Shown here one piece after another: positions 38,324 to 50,134 of a stretch of 64,000 bases of DNA. The DNA is from an uncultured Solirubrobacterales bacterium (lineage in GTDB: Bacteria > Actinomycetota > Thermoleophilia > Solirubrobacterales > 70-9). Made by a program: the position numbers and the translations under genes. The notes beneath the pieces are model-generated. The model searched no databases. It was not told where the DNA came from and saw only the letters and a program-made list of their open reading frames with translations. Each line of letters begins with the position of its first letter. Positions within the stretch are counted from its first letter, which is position 1. The stretch spans positions 149,040 to 213,039 of the forward strand of contig CAVROX010000007.1 of assembly GCA_963722965.1 (NCBI GenBank), given 5' to 3'.

Positions 38324-39118
38324 TCATCGAAGCTCCTCTCCCAAGGTGGCCGCGAACGTTTCCTGTGCCTCGCGTGTGCGGGGACCTGGCGACTCGGGCA
38401 GCTTGGTGTCGTCGATCGCGGACACCACCTGGATCTCCCGTGTGGTCGAGGCGAGGAAGGCCTCGCGCGCCGCGCGCAGGTCGGCGATCGGCCACGCTCC
38501 CTCCTCGACCTTGAGCGCCCCGATCAAACGCCCTCGGGTGATCGACTCCAGCACCCCGGCCTCGAGCGCCGGCGTCCGCAGGGATCCTTGCGGTGAGACC
38601 CAGAAAATCGAGGAAGTCGGCGGCTCAAGCACCGTGCCATCGGGCTGCACCAAGACCGCCTCATCGGCGCCCTGAGCTTTCGCCAGCCGCGTCGCCTGCA
38701 TGTTGGCCGCGTAAGAGAGCGACTTGACCCCGTTGAGGATCACGGTCGGGCAGTAGGTGACGGTGGCGAGGCGCAGAGCCTCGGCATGTGGCGGCAGCGG
38801 CTCGGTGGCTGCGATCCGTCGTCCACCGCGGGTCACGATCACCCGGAGCTGTCCGTTCGCGTCGCCGAGATCGCCGAGGAGGGCGCCGATCTCGCGCTCC
38901 AGTGCGGGCCGGTCGAACTTCAGCTCGATCGCGGCGCCGGAACGTTCAAGGCGATCGAGATGGTCAGCGAGCGCGAACAGCCGCCCCCCATAGATGCGGA
39001 TCACCTCGAAGGCTCCGTCGCCTCGGTACAGGCCGTCGTCTTTGAGTGGGATGGTCGCTTCGGGGGTGGGGGAGATGACCCCGTCGACGCTCGCAAGCTC
39101 TCGCAAGGTGGTCGTCAT
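38324..39118 (-). CDS. class IV (branched-chain/D-amino-acid) aminotransferase-fold protein
   Basis: 264 aa. 'GDGAFEVIRIYGGRLFALADHLDRL', 'GVLESITRGRLI'. Confidence 0.8.
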   Translation of the reverse strand: MTTTLRELASVDGVISPTPEATIPLKDDGLYRGDGAFEVIRIYGGRLFALADHLDRLERSGAAIELKFDRPALEREIGALLGDLGDANGQLRVIVTRGGRRIAATEPLPPHAEALRLATVTYCPTVILNGVKSLSYAANMQATRLAKAQGADEAVLVQPDGTVLEPPTSSIFWVSPQGSLRTPALEAGVLESITRGRLIGALKVEEGAWPIADLRAAREAFLASTTREIQVVSAIDDTKLPESPGPRTREAQETFAATLGEELR

Positions 39119-39163
39119 CGCGGCGGCGAGGCTACCTCAGATCGCCGTTCGCCCGAGCCCGGC

Positions 39164-40363
39164 TCAAACGGCTTCGAACACGGTCGCAAGGCCTTGGCCG
39201 ACTCCGACGCAGAGGGTGGCGAGGCCATAGCGGGCGCCGCGGCGGCCCAGCTCCCTGACCAGGGTTGTGGCGAGCCGCGCGCCCGAGCAGCCGAGCGGAT
39301 GCCCGAGCGCAATCGCGCCGCCGTTGACGTTAAGCCGCTCCCCCTCGATCCCAAGCTCCCGCGCGCAGGCCAGTGCTTGGGAGGCGAATGCCTCGTTCAG
39401 CTCGACCAACTCGATTTGCTCAAGCGAGAGGCCGGCGGCGGCGAGGGCGCGTGGCACCGCCTTGACCGGGCCAATACCCATGTAGGCGGGGTCCACCCCG
39501 GCCACGCCGAAAGAGACGATCCGAGCCAGCGGCTCGGCGCCGAGGCGCTCCGCCCCCGCCTCGGAGGCGATCAGCAGGCAGGCGGCGCCGTCATTGAGGG
39601 TGGAGGCGTTTCCGGCGGTCACTGTCCCGCCCTCGCGGAAGACGGGGCGCAGTTCGGTGAGCTTCTCCAGCGAGGCGTCGGGTCGCGGGCCCTCGTCGGC
39701 CTCGACGAGGACCGCTCCACGTCCGCGGGTAGCTTCTATCGCGACGATCTCCTCGGCAAGCAGACCCGCCTCGGCGGCGGCGACCGCACGCTGGTGGCTG
39801 CGCAGGGCGAAGGCGTCCTGGTCCGCGCGGCTCACCCGGTAGCGCTCGGCGACGTTCTCCCCGGTCTCGCCCATCGACTCGGTCGAGACTCCCAGGTCGG
39901 CCATTCGCGGGTTGACCATGCGCCAACCTAGGGTCGTGTCGTGCATAGTCTGGGCGCCGCGCGGGAGGCCGCGTTCGGGCTTCTCCACCACCCACGGGGC
40001 GCGGCTCATCGACTCGACCCCACCCGCGAGATAGATGTCTCCCTCACCCAGTTTGACTGCACGGGCGGCGGCGTTAACTGCCTCCAGACCCGAAGCGCAG
40101 AGACGGTTGACGGTTGCACCGGGGACGCTGTAGGGCAGCCCGGCAAGCAGCACCGCCATCCGCGCCGCGTCGCGGTTGTCCTCGCCCGACTGGTTCGCGG
40201 CGCCGAAGTAGACGTCGGTGATTTGGCTCGGGTCAACGCCGCTGCGCGCGACGATGGCTCGGATCGTATGGGCGGCGAGATCGTCGGGGCGCACGCTCGA
40301 GAGTGCGCCCCGGTAGGAGCCGATCGGCGTGCGGATCGCGTCGATTACGTAGGCCTCGGCCAT
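39164..40363 (-). CDS. acetyl-CoA C-acetyltransferase (thiolase II)
   Basis: 399 aa. Active-site '[10 protein letters not shown]', '[11 protein letters not shown]', 'LCVGVGQG'. Confidence 0.95.
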   Translation of the reverse strand: MAEAYVIDAIRTPIGSYRGALSSVRPDDLAAHTIRAIVARSGVDPSQITDVYFGAANQSGEDNRDAARMAVLLAGLPYSVPGATVNRLCASGLEAVNAAARAVKLGEGDIYLAGGVESMSRAPWVVEKPERGLPRGAQTMHDTTLGWRMVNPRMADLGVSTESMGETGENVAERYRVSRADQDAFALRSHQRAVAAAEAGLLAEEIVAIEATRGRGAVLVEADEGPRPDASLEKLTELRPVFREGGTVTAGNASTLNDGAACLLIASEAGAERLGAEPLARIVSFGVAGVDPAYMGIGPVKAVPRALAAAGLSLEQIELVELNEAFASQALACARELGIEGERLNVNGGAIALGHPLGCSGARLATTLVRELGRRGARYGLATLCVGVGQGLATVFEAV

Positions 40364-40410
40364 TGGGAATGATTAAACAGGGAGCCCGGCCTCGCGCGTA
40401 TCCTTAGCGC

Positions 40411-40704
40411 GTGGGTTTCCTCCTGGGGACGGTTGCGGTCTTCCTTTTCCTGGTCGGAGTGCTGGTCGTGGTCGGGCGCCTGTATCCAGGCAGCAGCGCC
40501 GAAATCGTCGACTGGCGGCCGACCCGATCGCCCGAGGTCGAGGTTCAGAACGAGATCGACGACGTCCGCCAAATGCTGGATGCCCAAAACGAACTCCGCC
40601 GCCGTCGCGGTGCCCCCGAGATGACCGAGAGCGAGCTTCGACAGAGGGTCGACGAGGAAGAGCGCGACCGGCTGCGCTGGCAGTGGCCCTCCAGAGCCTC
40701 CTAG
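40411..40704 (+). CDS. small N-terminally anchored protein with a charged coiled tail
   Basis: 97 aa. 'MGFLLGTVAVFLFLVGVLVVVG', then a Glu/Arg-rich segment. Confidence 0.45.
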   Translation: MGFLLGTVAVFLFLVGVLVVVGRLYPGSSAEIVDWRPTRSPEVEVQNEIDDVRQMLDAQNELRRRRGAPEMTESELRQRVDEEERDRLRWQWPSRAS

Positions 40705-40714
40705 TGGAGAGGCG

Positions 40715-41218
40715 ATGGCGAGGGCGCTGATCGTCGGCTGCGGTTGCCGCGGGCGGCTGCTGGGGGGACGGTTGCTTGCCGAGGGCTGGGCGGTGCGCGG
40801 AACGAGCCGTCGCCGGGAGGGGCTGGCGGCGATCGAGGCGGCGGGGATCGAGCCCGCCCTCGCCGACCCCGACCGTCCCGCCACCCTTCTCGATCTGCTC
40901 GGCGACGTCACCGTCGTCCACTGGTTGCTTGGCTCCGCCCAGGCCGAGCCGGAGGTGATCGCCGCGATCCACGGGCCGCGCTTGGAGCGGATGCTGGAGA
41001 AGCTCGTCGACACCCCGGTACGGGGCTTCGTCTACGAGGCGGCGGGCCGAGTGCAGCGCCACCACCTGGAGCGGGGGGAGGGGATCGTCCGTGCGGCTGC
41101 CGAGACCTGGCGGCTTCCGGTCGAGGTGGTCGTCTCCGCCGCTCCGGCGGACCCGCCGGCCTGGGTCGAGGCAATGGTCGCTGCCAGCTCGCGCCTCACG
41201 CATTCGACCGGTCGATAA
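40715..41218 (+). CDS. short NAD(P)-binding Rossmann-fold protein
   Basis: 167 aa. 'MARALIVGCGCRGRLLGGRLLAEGWAVRGTSR'. Confidence 0.6.
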   Translation: MARALIVGCGCRGRLLGGRLLAEGWAVRGTSRRREGLAAIEAAGIEPALADPDRPATLLDLLGDVTVVHWLLGSAQAEPEVIAAIHGPRLERMLEKLVDTPVRGFVYEAAGRVQRHHLERGEGIVRAAAETWRLPVEVVVSAAPADPPAWVEAMVAASSRLTHSTGR

Positions 41219-42072
41219 ATATGTCTAAACTCGGACTGGAATTCGGGAGATTCGGATGCCCGACTGAATCGGAGGTTGCGGATGAGCTACGCGAAGGATG
41301 TCCTTGTCGAGACCGATTGGGTCGCCGATCACCTAGACGACGACTCGATCCGCATCGTCGAGGTCGACGAGAACCCGGCGCTCTACGCCGAGGCCCACAT
41401 CCCGGGCGCGATCGGTTTCGACTGGAAGGCCGACCTCCAGGACCAGGTCAAGCGCGACTTCCTCGGCCCCGAGGACTTCGGCGCCCTGATCGGGCAGCCG
41501 CGGCATCTCCAACGACCACACCGTCGTCCTCTACGGCGACCGCAACAACTGGTTCGCCGCCTACACCTACTGGTATCTCCAGCTACTACGGGCACGACAA
41601 GGTGAAGCTCGCTCAACGGGCCGCGCGAGAAGTGGATCGCCGAAGGGCGGCCGACCACGACCGAGGCTGCCCGAGCTACCCGGCCGCGACATTCACCGCG
41701 CAGCCCGGCGACAACTCGATCCGCGCCTACCGCGACGAGGTGACTCGCCGCGCTGCGACTCCTCGACCAAGCTGGTCGACGTGCGCTCGCCCGCAGGAGT
41801 ACTCGGGCGAGCTGATCGCGATGCCCGGCTACGAGCAGGAGGGCGCGCAGCGCGCCGGCCACATCCCCGGCGCCGAGTCGGTGCCCTGGGCGCAGGCGGT
41901 CAACGAGGACGGCACGTTCAAGTCGGCCGACGAGCTGCGCGACCTGTACGGCGGCAAGGGCGTGATCTCGAGGCAGCACGCCGATCATCGCCTACTGCCG
42001 GATCGGCGAGCGCTCGGCGCACACCTGGTTCGTCCTCCACGAGCTGCTCGGCCAGGACGACGTCAAGAACTA

Positions 42073-42660
<588 letters not shown>

Positions 42661-43474
42661 TCAGATGATCACCTGCACGGTGCCGCCGTCGACCGACCAG
42701 GCGGCTCCGCTGACGTAGGAGGCACGCTCGGAGCAGAGGAAGACGATCGCCGCGGCGACCTCGCCGACCTCGGCCAGCCGGCCGATCGGGCGCTTCGCGC
42801 CGGCGTCCGCCAGCGCCTCCTCACGGCTCGCCGCACCGGACATCGCGTGCGACTGGTCGAGCAGGCCCCCCGACTCCATCCACATCTCCGAGGCGACCGG
42901 GCCAGGACAGATCGCATTGACCAGAACACCGTGACCGGCGTGGCGGTCGGCGAACAAGCGGGAGAGGGAGAGCTCCGCGGCCTTTGCCACCGAGTAGTCC
43001 GGCATTGCCGCCGTGGGGCGCTTGCCGGCGGTCGAGCAGACGTTGACAACACGGCCCCAGCCCCGCTCGGTCATCGGCGGGATCGCCGGCTCGCATCGCC
43101 CGCAAAGGCGCCATCACGTTGAGCTCATACTGGCCGCGCCAGTCTTCGTCTGGGACCTCATCGAGGTCGCGCCAGCGGGCGACGCCGGCGTTATTGACCA
43201 GTACGTCGAGGGCGCCAAACCGCTCGACCGCGGCGGTAAGCATCCGCTCACCCGCGTCATCATCGGTGACGTCGAGGGAGAGGTGATCAGCGCGCCCACC
43301 GCCCTCGGCCCCCGCGGCTCTCGCCTCCTCGGTCGCCTCCCTGAGCCGTGTCTCGTTACGGGCGATCACTAGGACGTCTGCCCCCTCCGCGCAGAGCAGT
43401 CGCGCCGTCTCGCGGCCGATCCCGCGGCCAGCGCCGGTGACGGCGCAGACGCGCCCTTTAAGGCCGAGGTCCAT
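42661..43474 (-). pseudogene. short-chain dehydrogenase/reductase, one frameshift
   Basis: N-terminal half 'MDLGLKGRVCAVTGAGRGIGRE...NNAGV' (frame of ORF 42821..43576) and C-terminal half 'GWGRVVNVCSTAG...YSVAKAA...' (ORF 42661..43074) join near 43075-43090. Confidence 0.8.
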
Positions 43475-43484
43475 TGGCCGAAAG

Positions 43485-44050
43485 CTAAGCCCTGCGCCGA
43501 CCCTCGAACAACGCCGGGTCGTCAACGTCGGCGAAGCGGGCCATCGCGTAGGCGAGGTCGGAGGCGCGGTTGACAAAGTGGATCACGGTCTCGCTTGCCA
43601 GCTCGCCGGCCTCGGCGAGGGCGGCTATCGCCCGCTCAGCCCGGCGGATCGCGGTACGCGCTACGTCGATTTGGGCGGAGAGCTGGTTGCCGCCCGGGAT
43701 CACGAATTGGGGGGGAGCTCGACCTGGGACATGTAGTGGTCGATCCGCTCCTCGATTGCGGCGACCATCTCCTCCGTCGTCCGACTGATCCCGTCTTCGA
43801 GGCGGTCGGCGGCCTGCGCTGCCGTCGCCAGCTCCGCACCGGCGACGAAAATGTCGTCTTGGAGGCGGAGGATATCGGCCGCCAGCTCGACCTCGCCGGG
43901 GCCGCAAAGGGCGCGGGCCACGCCTAGCTCCGAGCAGGCCTCATCCAGCGAACCGTAGGCCTCGGTGCGTGGGTGGTGCTTGGGGACGCGGCCGCCGTAC
44001 CAAAGCGAGGTGCTCCCGTCGTCGCCCTTCCTGGTGTAGATCTTGACCAC
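43485..44050 (-). pseudogene. PduO-type ATP:cob(I)alamin adenosyltransferase, one frameshift
   Basis: 'MVKIYTRKGDDGSTSL...' (ORF 43700..44050) continues as 'FVIPGGNQLSAQIDVARTAIRRAERA...NRASDLAYAMAR' in another frame (ORF 43485..43907). The break is near 43700-43715. Confidence 0.8.
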
Positions 44051-44059
44051 GGGTCGATC

Positions 44060-45367
44060 CTAGGTACGCGGGCGTGGCGGACCGACCGGGTTGAAGACCA
44101 GGCCGGTCATCACCTTGGGGAAGAAGTAGGTCGACTTCGGCGGCATGTTCTCCTCGGTGTCGGCGACCGCGCGCACTTGTTCGACCGGGTCCGGGCGCAG
44201 GAAGAAGGCGACGTCGTAGGAGCCGTGCTCGAGCAGGGCTAGCGAGTGCCGGAACGTCTTCGCGTAGCCGAGTCCACGCTTGGCGGCGATGTCCTCGTCG
44301 GTCATCCGGGCGGGCCCTTCAGGACCGCGTCTCCAGAATCGGCGGATCGAGGCGGCGATAGGCTTCGGGCTTGCCCGTCGAGCAGACGACCCGGCGATCG
44401 ACGGTGTCCTTGAGCCGCAAGCGGAAGGCGCGCTTGGTGGAAGTTGTCGAGTCGAGACCGAAGACCCCGATGCCGTCGCCCGCCTCGGGCGCGAGGTCCG
44501 AGGTGGAGGAGAGGCGCTCGATCGCGTCGAACAGTCGCGCGAAGCCGGCCGCCGAGGCGCTGCTGACGCTCGGCGTCGCCGGCGAATCCGAGAGGAGGCG
44601 GTGGGTGGGGAAGACGGTGAGCCCGGGGTCGTGGAGCGCCGTCAGCGCACATCAGCATGTAGCGGTGCGGACCCTCGCCGCCGATCTCATCGCGGTAGGC
44701 GCGGGCGGTCTCGTAGCGGTGGTGGCCGTCGGCGATCAGCAGCTCGGCGCCAGCGAGGCGCTCTGCCACCGCGGCGTGAATCGCCGGGTCACCAACCCTC
44801 CAGACGCGGTTGACCGTGCCGGCATCGTCGGTGACTTCCCCCAGGGCTCGCCCGTGGTCGCGGGCTCGACCAGCGGCCAGGCATCCACGGTGCTAAGCGA
44901 GAAGATCGGGGAGAGATTGAGGCCGGTCGCCCGAGTGAGTTCGAGCCGGTCGCGCTTGGGGCCCGGCAGGGTCCGCTCGTGGGGGCGGACCCTGCCCGCG
45001 CCGTAATCCTCAACCCTGACGCGGACGAGGATCCCGTGGCGGGTGTGGGCGGAACCGTCCGGGGCGGCGTAGGTCTGGGTTAGCGCCCAGATCGCCGGCT
45101 CGGGGTCGTCGAGCAGAGCGCCGGCCTGGCGCCATGCCTCGATCCTCTCGGCCGCTTCCCGGTAGGGGTCTCCGCCGGTATCCTGCGGGCCGCTCTCACC
45201 GTATGGCTTGGGCAGGTCGATCGCGACCGCGTTGTACGGGGAACGCGCGAGCAGCTCCGCCCGCTGGTCGGCATCGATCACGTCGTAGGGCGGGGAGCGA
45301 CGTCCTGGAGAGAGCCGACGACGTGCAAGTCGTAATGGAGAGCATTGAAGGGCCCGACGTCTGCCAT
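44060..45367 (-). pseudogene. DUF1015-family protein, multiply frameshifted
   Basis: 'MADVGPFNALHYDL', then 'PPYDVIDADQRAELLARSPYNAV...RPHERTLPGPKRDRLEL', then 'LIADGHHRYETARAYRD', then 'MTDEDIAAKRGLGYAKTFRHSLALLEHGSYDVAFFLRP...MPPKSTYFFPK', spread over different minus frames. Confidence 0.75.
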
Positions 45368-45427
45368 CGCCGCGAAAGCTAGCGATTGGCGACCCTCGCC
45401 ATCGGCGCCGCTTTAGACTGGCGTCCT

Positions 45428-45502
45428 CGGGGCGTAGCGAAGCCTGGTTATCGCGCCTGCTTTGGGGGCAGGAGATCGCTGGTTCAAATCCAGCCGCCCC
45501 GA
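45428..45502 (+). tRNA. tRNA-Pro (anticodon UGG)
   Basis: Folded by hand as a 75-nt cloverleaf. Acceptor CGGGGCG/CGCCCCG, D arm GCGA-AGCCTGGTTA-TCGC, anticodon arm CCTGC-TTTGGGG-GCAGG (TGG at 34-36, G37), T arm GCTGG-TTCAAAT-CCAGC, discriminator A. CCA is not encoded. Confidence 0.9.
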
Positions 45503-46013
45503 TTATGTAAGCCGCCGCGTCAAAGTGCCGCAGATCGCGTCACAGCAGCGGATTCTCGCATTTCTAGGCGGATCTCCGTGACTGCGGGGTTTCCGCACAG
45601 AGGGACATTCCGGGCCGCGTGTGCACGCAACCCGTAGCAAAGCCGTAGCAGTCCGCTTTCGTTTTGGGGTCCTGCTACGGCCCGAATCAGCGCCGACGGC
45701 CTGGTTGATGCATGGCTTTGCCTCGGCCCTTTCGATGAAACTTTTTGCTCTCGACGACGCCGGTCGCGTGACGAATGGCAACGGGCGGCGTTTCTGAGCC
45801 TCTGGCGGCGCCTGCGGCGCATCGGCTACGGCGGGCCCTCCGGTGGGCCGAGGGGCGCCGGTTGCAGCCTCTACCGCGACCTCGGCGGCTCGACAGCAGC
45901 CCAAATCTCGCGCTGCATTCCGACAAGCGCTACCGGCCCTCTCGCTCAGCTTGGACGTGATGGAGCCGGTGGCGCGGCTCGACGCGAGCGGGTCGGAGTA
46001 GTTCCGACCCCGG

Positions 46014-46286
46014 CTACTCGTCAGAACCGAGAACCGCCCGGGACGCCTCCAAGGACCGAGCCACCTTCTCTGGCCAGAACATGGGTGCCACCGCCAGCGC
46101 CGCGAGATTCGTCAGGGCAGCCATCGCGAGGAGGGTTGCCTCGACCACTTCTCCGCCGGTGGCGAACCATACCGCCGCCGCCCCGCACGTGATCGCGACG
46201 AACAGCACGAACCAGCGGCGCGCTGCCCAACGGGCGCGCCCCTGGCGTTGGTAGACCTCGGCCAGCTGGATCGCTGCGGCCGCCAT
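46014..46286 (-). CDS. small two-TM membrane protein
   Basis: 90 aa. 'RRWFVLFVAITCGAAAVWFATGG...ATLLAMAALTNLAALAVAPMFW'. No family recognised. Confidence 0.4.
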   Translation of the reverse strand: MAAAAIQLAEVYQRQGRARWAARRWFVLFVAITCGAAAVWFATGGEVVEATLLAMAALTNLAALAVAPMFWPEKVARSLEASRAVLGSDE

Positions 46287-46324
46287 TCGGGGGTCCGGTG
46301 GAGCCTCGCCCCTTCTTAGTGCTC

Positions 46325-47592
46325 CCGGTCATAAGTTCCGCCCCGATCAGGCGGCCAGACGCAGCTGAGGCTCCCGCGCGCTCAGCCGTTCCATCAACAC
46401 GGCGAGCTTGTCGCGGGTGAAGTTCCACTCGAAGGGCTCGGCCATCTCGTTCCAGTGGCACTCGAACTCATTCAAGGTGCGGGCGAGGACGGCGAGGTCG
46501 TCGAAGTCGTTGGGGGTGAGCACCTTGCGCTGCACGATCGAGAAGTAGATCTCTATCTGGTTGAGCCAGCTGGCGTGGGTTGGCAGGTGGAGGAGGGTCA
46601 GGTTCTTCCAGCGACGCTGCAGGCGCTCGATTGAGCGCTGCCCACGGTGGGAGGAGCCGTTGTCGAGGATCCAAAAGACGTTGCGCGCAGAGGCGTAGGG
46701 CTCCCTGACCATCACCTGGTGAACGAGGCGGTCGAAGGGTTCGATCCCACCCTTGGGCTCGGAGCGACCGAAGACGCGCGGTGCCCGCCCGCCGCGGCGG
46801 CCGATGTCCAGGGCGGCGAGGTAGGTGAGCGCGCCGCCTCGCTCGTAGGTGTGCTCGACGCGCAGCCCGCGCACGCCCGGTGCTGGGCGCGAGTGTCGGG
46901 TGGATGCGCAAGCGTGCCTGGATCGAGGGCTTCTCGTCGGCGCAGACGACGAAGTCGCCGGGGTGAAGAAGCTCGCCCTCCCACCTTCCCTGGTAGAGGT
47001 CGAGCACCGGGCCGGCCTTGGCGAGGAAGTCCGGGTCGGTGGGGAAGATCCAGGAGCGGTGCTGCCAGGGGCGCAGCGAGTCCTCGGCCAGCCAGCGGGC
47101 GATCGTCGCCGCCGAGGCCTCGGTGACGCCGCGCTCGATGACGAGGCGGTGCAGCTCGGTGCGGCTAAAGCGCGAGAGCGGGGCGCCCTGGGCGCGCGGG
47201 AGATCGCAGGCGAGCGCCTTGACCTGGGCGATCTCCTGTGGGGGGGAAGCGGCGCGGGCGGCCCGTGCGCTTCAAATCCTCGATTCCCTCGATCCCATGC
47301 TCGCAGAAGCGTTTTCGCCAGCGCCCGACGGACTTGCGCGTCATCCCCAGCCGTTCGCCGATCTCGGTGTTGGTGGCGCCTTCGGCCGCCATCAGGACGA
47401 TCTTGGCTCGCAGCACCTCGCGGTGGGGGCGGGTGTAACAGGCGGCGCGGTGCTCGAGCTCGGCGCGCTCCTTATCGCTGAGTGCGATCTTGTGGGGGCT
47501 GCGTCCCGGCATCACCCCAGAATTCGCCGCGCTCGCCAAGGCTCCTTCAAGCGAGTAAGGATTTCTGGCGGGGAGCACTTAGCGAGCGGGTT
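46325..47592 (-). mobile_element. IS630-family insertion sequence, copy 1 (about 1.27 kb)
   Basis: Imperfect terminal inverted repeats: plus-strand start 'CTTAGTGCTCCCGGTCATAAGTTCC' and end 'GGATTTCTGGCGGGGAGCACTTAG'. It encloses a Tc1/IS630-type DDE transposase. Confidence 0.85.
46347..47512 (-). pseudogene. IS630-family transposase (copy 1), two frame breaks
   Basis: HTH part 'MPGRSPHKIALSDKERAELEHRAACYTRPHREVLRAKIVL...GRPRRFPP', middle part 'QEIAQVKA...ADEKPSIQAR', and 'VEHTYERGGALTYLAAL...WILDNGSSHRG...HASWLNQIEIYFS'. The three parts sit in three frames, with breaks at the G7 run 47240-47246 and near 46875-46885. Confidence 0.8.
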
Positions 47593-47884
47593 ACACGCCA
47601 TCGGTCGCCGAACTAAAACGCCGTTTGGTAGGTTCTTTTCGACTTCGAACGTCCGCTCGAGACCGCCCGCTCGTCGTCGAACTCGACCTTCAGTCCCTCT
47701 AGTCCGACCGGCCCGTCATCCTGCACCATGAAGGTGACCTCCTAACGCAGGACGCGGCCACCCGATACGGTCGCTTCTTCCCTGCTCAGGAGGCCATTCT
47801 TCTTTTCGGACCGGACGGAAACGGCCTACCGGATCGGTGGATCCGGGCTTAGAGGAGCTACTCGCGGACGCGGAAGCTCGCGGG

Positions 47885-49139
47885 CTAAGTGCTGTCGGTC
47901 GAAAATCCCGTCCGGGTTTGAAGGAGACATAACGGCGGTAGCGAATCCGTTGGCGATGCCAGGCCCGAGCGCTCAGGAGATCGTGTTGGAGGAGGCAGAG
48001 CGCAAGGAGCTCGTGCATCGCGCTGCGTGCTATACGCGGCCGCACCGCGAGGTGTTGCGAGCGAAACTGGTGCTGCTGGCCGCGGAGGGTCATAGCAACG
48101 CGGAGATCGGTGAGCGGCTGAGGATGAGCACGAAGGCAGTCGGCCGGTGGCGAAGACGATTCCACGAGCGCCGTCTCGAGGGTCTTTCGGATGAAGCGCG
48201 GTCGGGTCGGCCACGCCGCTTTCCCCCCTCAGCAGATCGCCGAGGTCAAGGCGGTCGCCTGCGAGCCTCCGAGCGTGGGCGCTCCGCTCTCGCGCCGCTC
48301 AACGGCTGACGTTCACCGCCTCATCATCGAGCGCGGGATCTGCGATGCGTCGCACTCGACGATCGTGCGCTGGCTCAGGGAGGACGCGATCCGTCCCTGG
48401 CGCTACCGCTCCTGGATCTTCCTGACCGACCCCGACTTTGCGCAGAAGGCCGGTCGGATTCTGGACCTCTATGAGGGACGCTGGGACGGCAAGCTGCTGC
48501 ACCCGGGCGACTGCATCATCTCGGCCGACGAGAAGCCCTCGATCCAAGCGCGGCGCCGGATTCACGAGACGCTCCCGCCAGCCGCGGGCATCGGTCGCGG
48601 CCAGCGGGTCGAGCACACCTACAAGCGGGGCGGGGCGCTCACCTACCTGGCTGCCTGGGACGTGCGCCGCGGCCGCGTGTTCGGGCGCTCGGAGCCCAAG
48701 GGCGGGATCGAACCGTTTGACCGGCTCGTTTGGCAGGTGATGACCAAAGAGCCCTACGCCTCCGCCCGCCGCGTGTTCTGGATCGTTGACAACGGCTCCT
48801 CCCACCGGGGCAGGCCTCGATTGAGCGGCTCCAGGCCCGCTGGCCCAACCTGATCCTCGTCCACACGCCGGTCCACGCCTCCTGGATGAACCAGGTGGAG
48901 ATCTACTTCTCGATCGTCGGGCGCAAGGTGCTCACCCCGAACGACTTCGACTCGCTTGCCTCCGTCGCCCGCCGCCTGAACGAGTTCGAGCACCTCTACA
49001 ACGAGATCGCTGAACCGTTCGGATGGAAGTTCACTCGCGAGAATCTCAACGACTTGCTCGACCGGCTCGCCGAGCGACAAGCGGCCCAACTCACGCTCGC
49101 CGCCTGACCGAGAAGGAACTTATGACTGGCAGCACTAAG
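47885..49139 (+). mobile_element. IS630-family insertion sequence, copy 2 (about 1.26 kb)
   Basis: Ends 'CTAAGTGCTGTCGGTCGAAAATCC' and 'GGAACTTATGACTGGCAGCACTAAG', related to the copy 1 ends. Divergent orientation, 292 bp from copy 1. Confidence 0.85.
47950..49107 (+). pseudogene. IS630-family transposase (copy 2), two frame breaks
   Basis: ORFs 47950..48309, 48191..48853 and 48886..49107 together give a full-length homologue of copy 1. Breaks are at TTTCCCCCC (48220-48228) and near 48805-48812 ('DNGSSHRG' then 'QASIERLQARW...HASWMNQVEIYFS'). Confidence 0.8.
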
Positions 49140-50096
49140 TCGGGATCAGGCCATCGCCGTCGTTAGTCGAATAGTTGAGGAAAGTCCCTACCTTGACGGC
49201 CGCTACTACGAACGTATGGGGGTAGTACTGGGGCACGCGGGATCATTCTCAGTCTCAGAATGGACCCGGCGATGCGTGAGGGGGAGGGCGTTACCTTGGG
49301 CCGCGAGTGGGAGTAGCACCGGCACTGGCGCATCTGCAACACAATCTCGAGCGGCCGGCGGCGACGCTGCAGGAGCGCATGAGAGGAATTGGCTTCTGGC
49401 TCGAACGTCGCCGATGGAGGTTGAGGGCGAATGAGGCGGCGAGTAGTTCGGCTGGGTATGTCGCTGGTCGTGCTTGTCGCGGTCGTTGGGTTTGGTGGTG
49501 TGAGCGCGAGCGGCACTACCCTGCAGCCACGCCGATCGGCCTCTAGGGAGGCGGCGGTTTCCACTGCGCGGGCCACTCGCTCCGACCGGCGAGCAGCGGC
49601 GCAAGCGCGCCGCGAACCAGCGTCTCATCCCAGATCACCACCCGCCGCGGCACCTCCAGGCCCAACGCCCGACCCCAGAAGTACGGGCCACCCATCGCCA
49701 TCGCCTGCGCATGCAGCCGTCCCTTCCCTGCCTCCGCGAACTTTCCGCAGGTCGGCCACCGCGCCGCCCCGGTTAGGAAGGCTCGCAGCTCCTTAAACAC
49801 CGCCTTCAGAGCCCAGATAGGACCCAGGTCGGCTCAGCGTAGTGAGCGCTTGACATCCTGGTCTGCCTATGATCCAATTCCGCTCGGCTTCTCAGAACGC
49901 CCCGATCCGATTGCGATCCGGCCGTGTTCCAAGGGCCAGGAGAAGAGATAACGGCTCATCGCCCACCGGGCCAGGGACCCACGTTTTAGTGGATCGGGCG
50001 GGTTGGGATGCCAAGAGCAGAGGAGAGTTACGTGAGGACATCGTCCCGGCCGGTTGCGAGTTTCACCATCGGCAGGACCATTGGTGCCGCTGCACA

Positions 50097-50134
50097 AACT
50101 GTGTCCGCGGCCGCTAACTGTGTCCGCGGCCGCT
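50097..50134. repeat. 19-bp perfect tandem repeat (2 copies) containing GCGGCCGC palindromes
   Basis: 'aactgtgtccgcggccgct' at 50097-50115 and at 50116-50134, about 200 bp upstream of the giant-protein cluster. Confidence 0.95.

Noticed and set aside
45503-46013. Integrase or integrase remnant next to tRNA-Pro, and ORF 45503..45904(-)
   Set aside because: No frame gives tyrosine-recombinase-like motifs, and the 133-aa ORF is Arg/Ala/Pro-rich and not protein-like. I also found no repeat of the tRNA 3' end within the window.
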